The notes beneath the pieces are model-generated. The model saw only the letters and a list, made by a program, of their open reading frames with translations. It made no database searches and had not been told where the DNA came from. This document shows positions 7,319 through 17,370 of a stretch of 64,000 nucleotides of DNA, one piece after another (the first letter of the stretch is position 1; each line of letters opens with the position of its first letter). The stretch is from Bacteroidales bacterium. GTDB taxonomy: Bacteria; Bacteroidota; Bacteroidia; Bacteroidales; P3. The stretch covers positions 7,994 to 71,993 of the forward strand of contig WQWA01000005.1 of assembly GCA_009785505.1 (NCBI GenBank), given 5' to 3'. The position numbers and the translations under genes are program-made.

Positions 7319-8782
7319 ATGCATCTTCGCTTTTCGGCTGTTATTTTAATCTTTGCCACGATATTGGCCGGAACTATCTATGCCCTACATTTGCAAGGCT
7401 TGGTAACTGCAGCAAATGAAGTGTACGCACGTTATACGGCAATAGGATTATTTCTTGCAAGTTTTCTGATTTTGGTATGGCAAAAAATAAAAAATCATCG
7501 CTTTTCATGGGGAGACTTTTATAAAAATCATTCATTGATAATTGTTGGCTTGACTGTTCTTTTGGTAAGTTTATTCTTCAGGAGATACTTCACCTATTAC
7601 ACGTCAACTTTGTTTATCGTAGCAAGCTTAATATTTTTTCTTCACTCACGAAAGTTTTATGCACCTCCAAAGTTTTTTTACTTCATAATTGCCTATGCAT
7701 TACTAATGTTCTTTGGAACTATAGGCACTACAAGAGGTTTTTATTTTCCCGATCATACACTTCGTTTTTACTTACTACCTTTGGCATTTTGCTTTTTCAA
7801 TCTGTCGCAAAAAACGTTGTTGCGAATAGGCGAAATATTCTTCAAAGCAGGTATTATTTTTCTATCAATTACCGTTTTATATTGGTTTTATAACTTCCTG
7901 CATTTAGATGCTGATTTTATAAAGTGGATTACCGGAAAAACCGGATACTATGCCGAAATGGTTGGTTGGAAAGAACAGGCTAAATACTCTATGCAAGGTG
8001 CATATTGTTTAAAAAATTGGGCTGAACACACGTGGTTTTCGGCTTATTTTTTCGCTAGCACCTGGTCGCACTTTCACCACCCAACAGCTAATTCCATAGT
8101 TATATTGGGTGTACTGATAACAGGTTTTTATCTTTATTACCAAAAGATTATTACAAAATGGGAGCTGTTACTGTACGTTATACTTGCTTTATTCGTAATT
8201 CAGTTGTTGCAAAGTAGATTTGGTTTGACCGGCTTTGTGCTATTAGTCAGTTTCAGTGGGCTGTATTATTTGAGGATGAGAACAAAATATTTCAACATTG
8301 GCTTAATAACCTATATTTTGCTTGGCGGAGCGAGCTTGCTGGTATTTGGCAGCAAAGTTTTTGGTTTTATCTATGACGGACCTCGAAATGATCTTCGTAC
8401 TGTCGCCATGGCTTATATTCGAGATAATTTTTGGTGGGGCAGCGGTTATCGCGAAGGACCGCAAGCGATGCTGCAACAAGCCGAAAAAATGCAAGATGTA
8501 CATCTTCCTATCGCAACTCATGCTCACAACCAATTTTTGGATGATACAATCCAGTTCGGTATTTTAGGCTTGATAGTATTGGTCGCTATGCTTGCGGCTA
8601 TAGTTTGTTATGCTATCAAAAATCGAAGTTATTTGCTGCAAATGTGGCTCTGTGTTATGTTGCTTTTTATGTGGATAGAGGCAGGTATGTTTTTTACAAT
8701 TCTCACCTTTATTTTGTTTTTTACCGCAATAACTGAGGCCGAGCGCCGAGAGCGTCTCAATGATAAAAATTTAAAAATGTAA
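7319..8782 (+). CDS. O-antigen ligase/polymerase family membrane protein (Wzy_C-like)
   Basis: About 12 hydrophobic segments. A periplasmic-loop motif HAHNQFLDDTIQFGILGL is typical of the O-antigen ligase family. Confidence 0.75.
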   Translation: MHLRFSAVILIFATILAGTIYALHLQGLVTAANEVYARYTAIGLFLASFLILVWQKIKNHRFSWGDFYKNHSLIIVGLTVLLVSLFFRRYFTYYTSTLFIVASLIFFLHSRKFYAPPKFFYFIIAYALLMFFGTIGTTRGFYFPDHTLRFYLLPLAFCFFNLSQKTLLRIGEIFFKAGIIFLSITVLYWFYNFLHLDADFIKWITGKTGYYAEMVGWKEQAKYSMQGAYCLKNWAEHTWFSAYFFASTWSHFHHPTANSIVILGVLITGFYLYYQKIITKWELLLYVILALFVIQLLQSRFGLTGFVLLVSFSGLYYLRMRTKYFNIGLITYILLGGASLLVFGSKVFGFIYDGPRNDLRTVAMAYIRDNFWWGSGYREGPQAMLQQAEKMQDVHLPIATHAHNQFLDDTIQFGILGLIVLVAMLAAIVCYAIKNRSYLLQMWLCVMLLFMWIEAGMFFTILTFILFFTAITEAERRERLNDKNLKM

Positions 8783-8785
8783 GAT

Positions 8786-9523
8786 ATGAAACAATTTGTA
8801 GAAAATATGCTCGTTTGGGAGCGTAATTTGTTTTTTCGGCTAAATGGCAGCGACTCTGCGTTATTAGATAACATTATGCACGTCGTAAGTACCAAAGAGA
8901 TGTGGATTCCGCTTTATTTGTTTATTGCATTTTTGGTTTTCTTTAGAACTCGGATTTCACAAAGTGCATTAGTATTTTTTTCCTTTATACTAGTGGCGGC
9001 CTTGGCCGACCAATTTTCGTCGGGATTGATAAAACCAATTTTTGAGCGTCTTCGTCCCGGACATCATCCCGATTTTAGAGAATATGTGCAGTTATTCACA
9101 AGTACGTATATGACAGAAAGCGGAGAAGTTGGCGTAAGATTTCACCGTGGTGGTGGCTTTGCCTTTATTTCGGGACATGCTACCAATCACACCGCTTTTG
9201 CAGTACTACTTTCGCTTATATTCAGAAATCGCTGGGCAACACTTGTTTCTCTCTTTTGGGCAGGATTAATCAGTTATTCGCGAGTTTATCTTGGTGTGCA
9301 TTTCGTTTCTGATATCATAGGTGGAATAATTGCAGGCACTTTAATTGCAATGGCGGTATACTATCTTGCACTTGTCCCTTTACGGAAAAAATTACTAAAA
9401 TTAGATGATTCTGAAAAATATCAAATGTATTCTGCTCAACACGGGAAAATACTGTGGATAGGTTTTGCAATTTATTTTGCTGTTGCTCTATACGCCACTA
9501 CAACATATTTAGGGTCTTTCTAG
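8786..9523 (+). CDS. PAP2-family phosphatase (undecaprenyl-diphosphatase-like)
   Basis: PAP2 motifs KPIFERLRP, SGHA and SRVYLGVHFVSD. Confidence 0.85.
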   Translation: MKQFVENMLVWERNLFFRLNGSDSALLDNIMHVVSTKEMWIPLYLFIAFLVFFRTRISQSALVFFSFILVAALADQFSSGLIKPIFERLRPGHHPDFREYVQLFTSTYMTESGEVGVRFHRGGGFAFISGHATNHTAFAVLLSLIFRNRWATLVSLFWAGLISYSRVYLGVHFVSDIIGGIIAGTLIAMAVYYLALVPLRKKLLKLDDSEKYQMYSAQHGKILWIGFAIYFAVALYATTTYLGSF

Positions 9524-10504
9524 TTTTTCGTTTACAATAACATCGGCAAACGAATTCTTAATCAATTCTTTTTTTCGTCTTGCCCAATGAAGTGGCACTC
9601 TGTGTATATTCCAACGAGCAGTAACTTCATCATAATAACGCTGGTTAAAACGTTCAAAACCTGCGATACAAAATCTGTGTAAATCAGCATAGCTCACGAT
9701 TTCGCAGTTCAAATCTTTCCATTCATCGCGCTGCACCATCTGATAAAACATTATCTGAAAGAAGAAATAATGTCCGATGTCTTCTTCTTTTTTCCAGTAT
9801 TCAAGATGTATCGAAAGCAGGTCGTCGATAATTTTATGATGTGGCTTGGCGATCATATAGCCATTTAGCATTCTTACATAAGACTCAGGATCCCACGAAA
9901 GACCGATAGGGTCATATTTTGTGAAAATTTTCAAATCTTTTGGCGGAATTTCCGAACGTTGAAGAGCGAAAAAATCCATTTTCAAAAATCGTTTGTCAAT
10001 AGGGGCTGTCATATAAAGTGCCGCATCAAGCCAAACACCGCCGTAAGCTGAAAGTAAATGTAGACGCACGAGATTAGATACTTTCGGAAATGTAAATCCA
10101 CCACTGTCGAATTTTTCCCAAACAAAATCGGGCATCTCGATGTAATCATTCAACGTTTCTTTCGATAAAATAATCACTTCATATTCTCCACGATATTTTT
10201 CAACGGAAGCAAAACAAACCTTTACAAGTTTGGGTAGATTTTCGTCTAGCCCTTGTTGCCAATACTGCCAAATAATTTTTTTACCAACTAACTCCGGTTT
10301 TTTAGCAACAGCAATATATTTTTCTATTTTTCCATTTAAAAGATTATCGATGTAGCCATCTAATTTTTTTGCAATTTCTACTTGTTTCAAAAGATCAGTA
10401 GGCACCTCTTTAACCCTTTTTCTTGTAGTTCTCATTTGCCTTGGCATTCTTCCAACCTTATAAAAAAAGAACGCTATCTTTTCTAATACTTCTCTAATTT
10501 TCAT
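9509..10504 (-). CDS. GT32-like glycosyltransferase (capsular polysaccharide synthesis protein family), paralogue A
   Basis: IIWQYWQQG...YGGVWLDA... pattern. About 85 percent aa identity by eye to the neighbouring paralogue B. Confidence 0.65.
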   Translation of the reverse strand: MKIREVLEKIAFFFYKVGRMPRQMRTTRKRVKEVPTDLLKQVEIAKKLDGYIDNLLNGKIEKYIAVAKKPELVGKKIIWQYWQQGLDENLPKLVKVCFASVEKYRGEYEVIILSKETLNDYIEMPDFVWEKFDSGGFTFPKVSNLVRLHLLSAYGGVWLDAALYMTAPIDKRFLKMDFFALQRSEIPPKDLKIFTKYDPIGLSWDPESYVRMLNGYMIAKPHHKIIDDLLSIHLEYWKKEEDIGHYFFFQIMFYQMVQRDEWKDLNCEIVSYADLHRFCIAGFERFNQRYYDEVTARWNIHRVPLHWARRKKELIKNSFADVIVNEKLERP

Positions 10505-11468
10505 TCTTTTTCATTTTTTGATTGACAATAACATCTGCAAACGTACCAGTAGGTAATTCCCATGTTCCAATTTTTTTTGCCCAATAGAGTGTCAATTTAT
10601 GAACATTCCATCGGGAGGTTACCTCGTTGTAATAACGCTGATCGAAAAAGTCAGAACCTGCGATTAAAAGCCTATGGAAATCAGCATAACAAACAATTTC
10701 GCAATTCAGATTTTTCCATTCATCGTGCTGCATCATTCGGTAAAACATCATTTGAAAAAAGAAATAATGTCCAATCTCTTCTTCTTTCCTCCAATATTCA
10801 AGATGTATAGAAAGCAGGTCGTCAATAATTTTGTTATGCGGTTTCGCAATCATATACGAGTTTTGCATTCTTACGTAAGACTCCGGTTTCCATGAGAGAC
10901 CTATAGGGTCGAATTTTGTGAAAATCTTCAAATCTTTCGGTGGAGTTTCTGAACGTTGAAGTGCGAAAAAATCCATTTCCAGAAATCGTTTATCTATCGG
11001 AGCTGTCAAGTAAATCGTTGCATCAAGCCATACACCGCCGTAAGCCGAAAGCAAATACAAACGTACCAAATTTGCTATTTTTGGAAATGTAAATCCACCC
11101 TTACCGAACTTTTTCCAAATAAAATCAGGCATTTCGATGTAATCATTCAACGTTTCTTTCGACAAAATAATTACCTCATATTCGCCACGATACTTCTCAA
11201 CAGAATTAAAGCAGGTTTTTACAAGTTTCGGCGTATTTTCGTCCAACCCTTGCTGCCAAAACTGCCAAATAATTTTTTTCCCAACCAGCTCGGGCTTTTT
11301 AGCAACGGCAACATATTTTTCTATTTTTTCATTCAAAAAATCAGTAATATAACCGTCCAATTTTTGTGCAACTTCAGCTTGTAGCAATAAATCTTTTTTA
11401 GCTTTTCTAGCTTTTTTGACTCCTTTATACCATTGATATATTTTTCTCAACATTGCCATCTCAGTCAT
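10494..11468 (-). CDS. GT32-like glycosyltransferase (capsular polysaccharide synthesis protein family), paralogue B
   Basis: Same architecture as paralogue A. It overlaps A by 11 nt. An identical 29-nt stretch occurs at 10137..10165 and 11134..11162. Confidence 0.65.
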   Translation of the reverse strand: MTEMAMLRKIYQWYKGVKKARKAKKDLLLQAEVAQKLDGYITDFLNEKIEKYVAVAKKPELVGKKIIWQFWQQGLDENTPKLVKTCFNSVEKYRGEYEVIILSKETLNDYIEMPDFIWKKFGKGGFTFPKIANLVRLYLLSAYGGVWLDATIYLTAPIDKRFLEMDFFALQRSETPPKDLKIFTKFDPIGLSWKPESYVRMQNSYMIAKPHNKIIDDLLSIHLEYWRKEEEIGHYFFFQMMFYRMMQHDEWKNLNCEIVCYADFHRLLIAGSDFFDQRYYNEVTSRWNVHKLTLYWAKKIGTWELPTGTFADVIVNQKMKKNEN

Positions 11469-12525
11469 TCTTTACTTGATAAAATTCTTTATACCAATTC
11501 ACAAACTTTTTCACGCCTTCTAATATATTTGTACTAGGTTTATATCCGAAAGTTTCTTCCAAAGATGACATGCTTGCATTTGTCTGATATACATCGCCTT
11601 GTTGCATTGGCAAAAATATTTTTTCTGCTGTTTTGCTTGTAGAAACTTCTATCGAATGAATGAAATCGATCAAATTTACGGGAACAGAATTTCCTATGTT
11701 GTATATTCGATAAGGTGCATGAGAAGAATCCGGATTTGGCTTTTTTGAATCCCAGCATGAATCTGCTTCAGGCGTTTTGTCGATCACCCTTATCACTCCT
11801 TCTACAATGTCGTCGATATAGGTAAAGTCTCTTAACAAGTCTCCATTATTAAAAACTTTTATGGGACGATTATTCATGATGGCGTCTGTAAATAGGAACG
11901 GAGCCATGTCCGGCCTTCCCCATGGTCCATAAACAGTAAAAAAACGTAAGCCTGTTGTCGGTAAATTATATAAACTGCTATATGAATGAGCCATTAACTC
12001 ATTCGATTTTTTTGTTGCCGCATATAAACTTACCGGATGTGCCGCTCCATCTTTTTCCGAAAATGGTGCCTTAGCATTTGCTCCATATACACTGCTTGAG
12101 CTTCCATAAACTAAATGTTGTATATGATTATGCCTTGCTGCTTCCAGAATATTCAAAAAACCGGCAATATTGGAATTTATGTAAACATAAGGATTTTCGA
12201 TTGAGTAACGTACCCCGGCTTGTGCTGCTAAATGGCAAACTTTATCAAATTTTTCTTGCTTAAAAAGTCTCAACAGCTCGGTTTTATCTTCGATATCCAT
12301 TTTAACAAATCTATAATTGGGATACAAAAAGCTCTCCGTCAAAACGCCTTCTTTTATGTTGTCACGACTAATTCCTGTCAATGCCTCTAAACGTCCATAT
12401 TTCAGGCGGGCATCATAATAATCATTTATATTATCAAGCCCAACTACCTCATTTCCCCGTTCTGCTAATCGTTGAACGAGTTTAGAGCCGATAAACCCTG
12501 CTGCACCTGTTACAAGTATTTTCAT
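11461..12525 (-). CDS. NAD-dependent epimerase, UDP-glucuronate 4-epimerase-like
   Basis: VTGAAGFIGS Rossmann motif, YAATKKSNE catalytic YxxxK, and a 354-aa extended SDR of the Cap1J/LpsL type. Confidence 0.85.
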   Translation of the reverse strand: MKILVTGAAGFIGSKLVQRLAERGNEVVGLDNINDYYDARLKYGRLEALTGISRDNIKEGVLTESFLYPNYRFVKMDIEDKTELLRLFKQEKFDKVCHLAAQAGVRYSIENPYVYINSNIAGFLNILEAARHNHIQHLVYGSSSSVYGANAKAPFSEKDGAAHPVSLYAATKKSNELMAHSYSSLYNLPTTGLRFFTVYGPWGRPDMAPFLFTDAIMNNRPIKVFNNGDLLRDFTYIDDIVEGVIRVIDKTPEADSCWDSKKPNPDSSHAPYRIYNIGNSVPVNLIDFIHSIEVSTSKTAEKIFLPMQQGDVYQTNASMSSLEETFGYKPSTNILEGVKKFVNWYKEFYQVKND

Positions 12526-12538
12526 CTATAACTTTTTT

Positions 12539-13483
12539 TTACAATTTCTCGTTGATAAGGAAATCTGCAAATGTGCCGGCCGGAATTTGTTTTTTCCTTA
12601 CGAAGTAAAGTGTTAATTTGTGAACATTGCTTTTGGCTGTGATTTCGTCAAAAGATTGACAGTCAAATTTGTCAAAAAATACAACTTGCAGTTTGTGACA
12701 ATCCGTATCACCGACAATTTCGCAATTCAAATTTTTCCATTCGGCATTCATCATCATTCGGTTAAATAAAATCTGAAAAAAGAAATAATGCCCCGTTTCT
12801 TTCTCTCTTTTCCAGTATTCAAGAAGTATTGAAAGCAGGTCGGCAACGATTTTATTATTTGGTTTGGCAATCATAAAAGAAGTCAACAACCTTGCCTGAA
12901 ATCCCGGTTCCCAAGAAAAATACAGCGGATCAAATTTCCGATAAGTCTTCATGTCCTTTGGTGGGATTTTAGAACGTTGAAAAGCAAAAAAATCCTCGTT
13001 CAACATCTGCTTATCAATCGAATTAGTTAGATAAATGGTTGCATCAAGCCATACACCGCCGTAAGCTGAAAGTAAATACAAACGTATAAGATTGGACAGT
13101 TTTGTAATGTCATATCCGCCGGTGCCAAATCTTTCCCAAACAAAATCGGGAAGGTCAAGATAATCATTTATGTTTTCTTTCGACAGTATAATTATTTCAT
13201 GACTATCGCTGTGTTTTCTGACGGAATTCAGACAGGCATTGACAAGTTTCGGCGTATTTTCATTTATTCCCTGATACCAGAATTGCCAAAAAATATTTTT
13301 CCCAACCAATTCAGGCTTTTTCGGAATTGCTGTGATTTTTTCTATTTTCCCATCTAAAAAATCAACAATATAACCATCTAATTTTTTGGCCATTTTCCGC
13401 TGCTTCGGAATACTGCTAATCTCCCGTATTTTTTTTAGTAGATATCTTATTTGGGCCTCTATTTTATTTATGAATGTCGGCAT
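12539..13483 (-). CDS. GT32-like glycosyltransferase (capsular polysaccharide synthesis protein family), paralogue C
   Basis: AKKLDGYIVDFLDGKIEK...IFWQFWYQG...YGGVWLDATIY. Roughly 60 percent identity by eye to paralogues A and B. Confidence 0.65.
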   Translation of the reverse strand: MPTFINKIEAQIRYLLKKIREISSIPKQRKMAKKLDGYIVDFLDGKIEKITAIPKKPELVGKNIFWQFWYQGINENTPKLVNACLNSVRKHSDSHEIIILSKENINDYLDLPDFVWERFGTGGYDITKLSNLIRLYLLSAYGGVWLDATIYLTNSIDKQMLNEDFFAFQRSKIPPKDMKTYRKFDPLYFSWEPGFQARLLTSFMIAKPNNKIVADLLSILLEYWKREKETGHYFFFQILFNRMMMNAEWKNLNCEIVGDTDCHKLQVVFFDKFDCQSFDEITAKSNVHKLTLYFVRKKQIPAGTFADFLINEKL

Positions 13484-13488
13484 TTTTT

Positions 13489-15102
13489 TTATTTAATCCG
13501 GATTTTTTTTACGTAATACAACAATTTGCTTGGTCGTTTGATCTTATTTTCACGCATAAAATCTTTGAAAATTTTTCGTGCTTTTTGTCGGTTTTCGCTT
13601 CGCTGTTTCTCACGAACCGGATCGTATTTTTTATTCAAAATAGAACTTTCTCGATTTTTATAGAAATAAACGGCACTCGGACAGAGAGCAACGCTATTCG
13701 CATAATAAATCATCGGAATCATTACCGGCTTGTCTTCCATAGGAACCAAATCGGGGAAAGAAAATTGATATTCATCCCAAAAATCTTTTTTGATTAAATA
13801 TCGCCAAGCCCAACCCTGGACGGCAACCTCTGTTTTCTTGATTTTATCATCAGTATTCGATAATATTTCGCTCTTTTGAAACCAAATGCTTCGCCATGGT
13901 TTTTTTTCGTAAAGTACGGAACAAGCAGCAATATCAACATCTGAATTTTCCGCTGAACCTATCATTATTTCATAGAAATCAGGGCTGATCAAATCATCCG
14001 AATCCATAAAGTGAAGAAATTCGCCCATTGCGTTTTCAACACCCGAATTTCTAGCAGCAGGTAGGCCCATATTTTTTGAGAGTTCAATTATTTTTATACG
14101 GTTGTCCTCTTTTGCAGCTTCCTTTACAATTTTAGCAGAACTATCTGTTGGGCAATCTAATACACAAACAATTTCCAAATTTTCGTAGGTCTGATAACGA
14201 ACAGAATCTAAAGTTTGTTTCAGATATTTTTCCGCATTGTAAATTGGAATTATTATGCTGATTTTTTTGTCCGATTTTCCGTGCTCTACAAAGTTATTTA
14301 CACAGATAAATTTACCTAAAATACGCTCTTTGAGCCAAAGCCATTTATTCGGCCTCTTAATGCTATAAGTTTTCATAACATCTTTCATCGCTTTTTTGGC
14401 TTTACTTACATTCTTTTTTCGTATTTTTTTCTGTTCTTTGCTGAAATCTGTATTTTCATTTTCATTCAGCAAGGAATTTTCGCGATTTTTATAGAAATAT
14501 ACGGCATCCGAACAAACAGCAATTTTATTGGCGTGATAAATCATCGGAATAGCAACCGGTAAATCTTCCATTATAACCAGATTCGGGAAAGAAAAACTAT
14601 GTTTATCCCAAAAATCTCTTTTGATTAAATATCGCCAAATCCAGCCACGAAACAATACTTCGGTTTTTTTGATTTTTTCTCTGCCGAATATAACCTCATC
14701 TTTCGCAAACCAAATACTCTGCTTAGGCTTTTTCTCATTAAATACCGAACAAGCCGAAACATCAGCATCATTCTCAATCGCAGCATTTATCATTATTTCA
14801 TAAAAATTGCAACTTAGTAAATCGTCTGAGTCCATAAAGTGAAGAAATTCGCCCGTTGCGTTTTCTATGCCCGAATTTCTTGCAACAGCCAAACCCATAT
14901 TTTTTGAATGTTCAACTAATTTTATGCGATTATCTTCTTTAGCAATTTCTTTGACAATTTCTACTGAATTATCTGTCGGACAGTCAAGCACACAAATAAT
15001 TTCCAAATTTTTATAGCTTTGAAAACGAACGAAATTCAATGTTTGCTTCACATATTTTTCCGAATTATAAATCGGAATTATCACGCTGATTTTTTTATTC
15101 AT
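13489..15102 (-). CDS. tandem GT2-GT2 fusion glycosyltransferase
   Basis: Two complete GT2 modules, each beginning KKIS(V/I)IIPIYN.EKY.KQTL and carrying HFMDSDDL. The second module starts near 14268 with no stop or start between them. Start taken at MNKKISV (15102). Confidence 0.8.
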   Translation of the reverse strand: MNKKISVIIPIYNSEKYVKQTLNFVRFQSYKNLEIICVLDCPTDNSVEIVKEIAKEDNRIKLVEHSKNMGLAVARNSGIENATGEFLHFMDSDDLLSCNFYEIMINAAIENDADVSACSVFNEKKPKQSIWFAKDEVIFGREKIKKTEVLFRGWIWRYLIKRDFWDKHSFSFPNLVIMEDLPVAIPMIYHANKIAVCSDAVYFYKNRENSLLNENENTDFSKEQKKIRKKNVSKAKKAMKDVMKTYSIKRPNKWLWLKERILGKFICVNNFVEHGKSDKKISIIIPIYNAEKYLKQTLDSVRYQTYENLEIVCVLDCPTDSSAKIVKEAAKEDNRIKIIELSKNMGLPAARNSGVENAMGEFLHFMDSDDLISPDFYEIMIGSAENSDVDIAACSVLYEKKPWRSIWFQKSEILSNTDDKIKKTEVAVQGWAWRYLIKKDFWDEYQFSFPDLVPMEDKPVMIPMIYYANSVALCPSAVYFYKNRESSILNKKYDPVREKQRSENRQKARKIFKDFMRENKIKRPSKLLYYVKKIRIK

Positions 15103-15104
15103 TT

Positions 15105-16028
15105 TTATATCCCTCCTTCGCTTAATTTTGAGAAATAGGTGTTGGTACAATCAATTCCGCCTGCTACTTTGTATGTTGTTTTCTGAAAAAACGACGTTTT
15201 TCTGATTTTTTCCCATTCTTCTGCATTAAATTCTTTTAGTAGATTATCTCCTACTAGCTGATGCGTTTCATCCTCAGATTTGTGCGGCATTTTGTTGAAC
15301 AACTCCTTTGCTATCGGATTTTTCTGAACCAACGTCTTAAACATCAGTTGATGCTGAAAGTACTCAAATACTTTTGTTTCCTTTTTCCAAAATTCAATGC
15401 ACATTTGATACCAAGCTTCGCATAGAAAACTGCCTTTTTTACTTCGGATAAAACAATTTTGCATAAACGCATACGGAAAACCCGTCATATTGCCTGTCAA
15501 AAACACAAAAAAATCTTCATTGAGAATATATTTTGGAATAAAATCAGTCATATATCCTGTTGCATCTAACCAGACGCCACCGTGATTTTTCAATAAGTTC
15601 AGCCGTAGTAAATCGGAAAAGTGTGCATACCCAATTTGTCCTTTTTTGAATTTATCCAACACATAATCGGGCAAATCCGTGTAATTCTCAAAGGTTGAAT
15701 TATCCAATATTCTATGCTCAAAATTTCCCTTGAATTTTTCCGAAGTCTCAAACGATGACTTTATGATATTAGGTGTTGCTTTTCCGACAGGATTGTCCCA
15801 AAATTGCCAAAGTATTTCGGGTGTTTCTACTGCAACCTCTTTTTGTTCCAAGCAACTAACCGCAGGCATATATTTTTTCGCAAAATAATTTGTCAGTATT
15901 TTTGCTTTTGCAAGTTCGCCCTTTGGTTTGTTTTTCCGCATATCGCCACTCTGCAACCACCCGACAAAACGAATAGCCGAAGTGGTTATTTTCATACGAA
16001 ATCTAATCAATTTTCGGGAGTAACTCAT
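15105..16028 (-). CDS. divergent GT32-like glycosyltransferase (fourth Caps_synth-like paralogue)
   Basis: ILWQFWDNP...HFSDLLRLNLLKNHGGVWLDATGYM matches the pattern of paralogues A-C at low identity. Confidence 0.5.
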   Translation of the reverse strand: MSYSRKLIRFRMKITTSAIRFVGWLQSGDMRKNKPKGELAKAKILTNYFAKKYMPAVSCLEQKEVAVETPEILWQFWDNPVGKATPNIIKSSFETSEKFKGNFEHRILDNSTFENYTDLPDYVLDKFKKGQIGYAHFSDLLRLNLLKNHGGVWLDATGYMTDFIPKYILNEDFFVFLTGNMTGFPYAFMQNCFIRSKKGSFLCEAWYQMCIEFWKKETKVFEYFQHQLMFKTLVQKNPIAKELFNKMPHKSEDETHQLVGDNLLKEFNAEEWEKIRKTSFFQKTTYKVAGGIDCTNTYFSKLSEGGI

Positions 16029-16038
16029 TGGATTTTCT

Positions 16039-16896
16039 CTAAATTCCTGTATTGATAAAGCGTTCGGGAAGTTTTACGATCCATTTCATGCCGAGCATTG
16101 ACGGTTTGTTCCATGCATAAATCGGGCGGAAAAACGTTTGAATTCCTCGTGCTTTTGCGAATAACTTATCGCCGTCAACTGCGCTTCCGTCCGAAACGGA
16201 ATTGATCACACTAAATCTTGCCCGCTTATAATGTGCTTGTTCGCCACGTGCAATGATATCTTGCGAATTGAATTTTTCCATCAATGCCTCGTAATCGATA
16301 TTGCCCAAATGAAGCAGATATAAATTTTTATCAATATGGAAATTATGTCCATCTATTCGGTGAAAACCTCTTCCCCAGCGAATAGGTTTTGCGACAATGC
16401 TTGTTTTTGTAAAGCGTGAATTTATCAGTGCATAATTGCGCTGTGGAAGAATTGGAGCCGATCGGTCGAGTGACTTTTCGTTGTGCAAGTGCTGTCCCAC
16501 ATCCAGTCCGAGGGGCGAAATCGACGTGTTGATTTTTATTCGCGACAGGTATTCGTGCAAAGTCAAGCCCAAATTTGGTTCGACTATCAAAAATTCGTCG
16601 GCATCACAACCGATAATCAAATCATAGCCTGCAGAAAAAAGTTCGGCAGCTCTGTCTGATAAAAAATCAAGTCGGCGTTTTTCAGCATCAACGACTTTTA
16701 TACCTTGTTTCTCTACTATTTCCACGTTCGCCCTCCCCGCTTCTGCCGGTGCTTTCTGGTCTAATCCGTCTAAATAAATATACAAGTTTTCTTCGCCGAA
16801 CTGCCTGCCGTAGTACCCTACCCAGCGATTTAGAAAAAACTCATCGTTGCGTGCCATTGTGATAACCGCTATTTTCTTATTTTCATTGAGTTGCAT
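16039..16896 (-). CDS. GT-A fold glycosyltransferase (Glyco_tranf_2_4-like)
   Basis: IAVITMARNDEFFLNRWVGYY...IGCDADEF pattern. First gene of the eight-gene minus-strand operon. Confidence 0.5.
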   Translation of the reverse strand: MQLNENKKIAVITMARNDEFFLNRWVGYYGRQFGEENLYIYLDGLDQKAPAEAGRANVEIVEKQGIKVVDAEKRRLDFLSDRAAELFSAGYDLIIGCDADEFLIVEPNLGLTLHEYLSRIKINTSISPLGLDVGQHLHNEKSLDRSAPILPQRNYALINSRFTKTSIVAKPIRWGRGFHRIDGHNFHIDKNLYLLHLGNIDYEALMEKFNSQDIIARGEQAHYKRARFSVINSVSDGSAVDGDKLFAKARGIQTFFRPIYAWNKPSMLGMKWIVKLPERFINTGI

Positions 16897-16919
16897 TAAG
16901 ATTGACTTGTTTTAATTTA

Positions 16920-16939
16920 TTGTACAAAGATACGCATAA
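16920..16939 (-). promoter_or_regulatory. Bacteroidota-type promoter for the glycan operon (16896 down to 9509)
   Basis: The reverse complement reads TTATGCGTATCTTTGTACAA, 24 nt upstream of the ATG at 16896. Confidence 0.55.
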
Positions 16940-16956
16940 TTTCTGAGAGTACAAAA

Positions 16957-17370
16957 TTAAAAAACTTCAACAGCCAAATCGTATCCCAGCAATCCAAAAC
17001 CAACGATAACGCCCTTACAGTTGGGGGCTATCAGCGATTTGCAACGAAATTCTTCGCGTGCATAAACATTGGAGATATGTACTTCGACAACCGGGGTTTT
17101 TATGGATTTCACAGCATCAGCGATGGATACGGATGTGTGTGTATAACCGGCAGCATTGAGAACTATTCCATCGAAATCAAAGCCAATCTCATGAAGTTTG
17201 TTGATAATCTCGCCCTCAACATTACTTTGAAAATAACTGAACTCAACATTCGGAAATTTCATTTGCAGTCGCTCAAAGTAGGCTTCAAATGTTTGATTGC
17301 CATAAATCTCGGGCTCCCTTGTGCCCAACAGATTCAAGTTTGGCCCATTGACAATTGCGATTTTCTTCAT
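16957..17370 (-). CDS. aroQ: type II 3-dehydroquinate dehydratase
   Basis: MKKIAIVNGPNLNLLGTREPEIYG... and HISNVYAREEFR motifs. Its ATG overlaps the upstream GT2 stop as ATGA. Confidence 0.92.
   Translation of the reverse strand: MKKIAIVNGPNLNLLGTREPEIYGNQTFEAYFERLQMKFPNVEFSYFQSNVEGEIINKLHEIGFDFDGIVLNAAGYTHTSVSIADAVKSIKTPVVEVHISNVYAREEFRCKSLIAPNCKGVIVGFGLLGYDLAVEVF

Noticed and set aside
9509-13483. Repeated about-1-kb units as insertion sequences or other mobile elements
   Set aside because: The repeats are paralogous glycosyltransferase genes in one operon. There is no transposase, no terminal inverted repeats and no target duplications.
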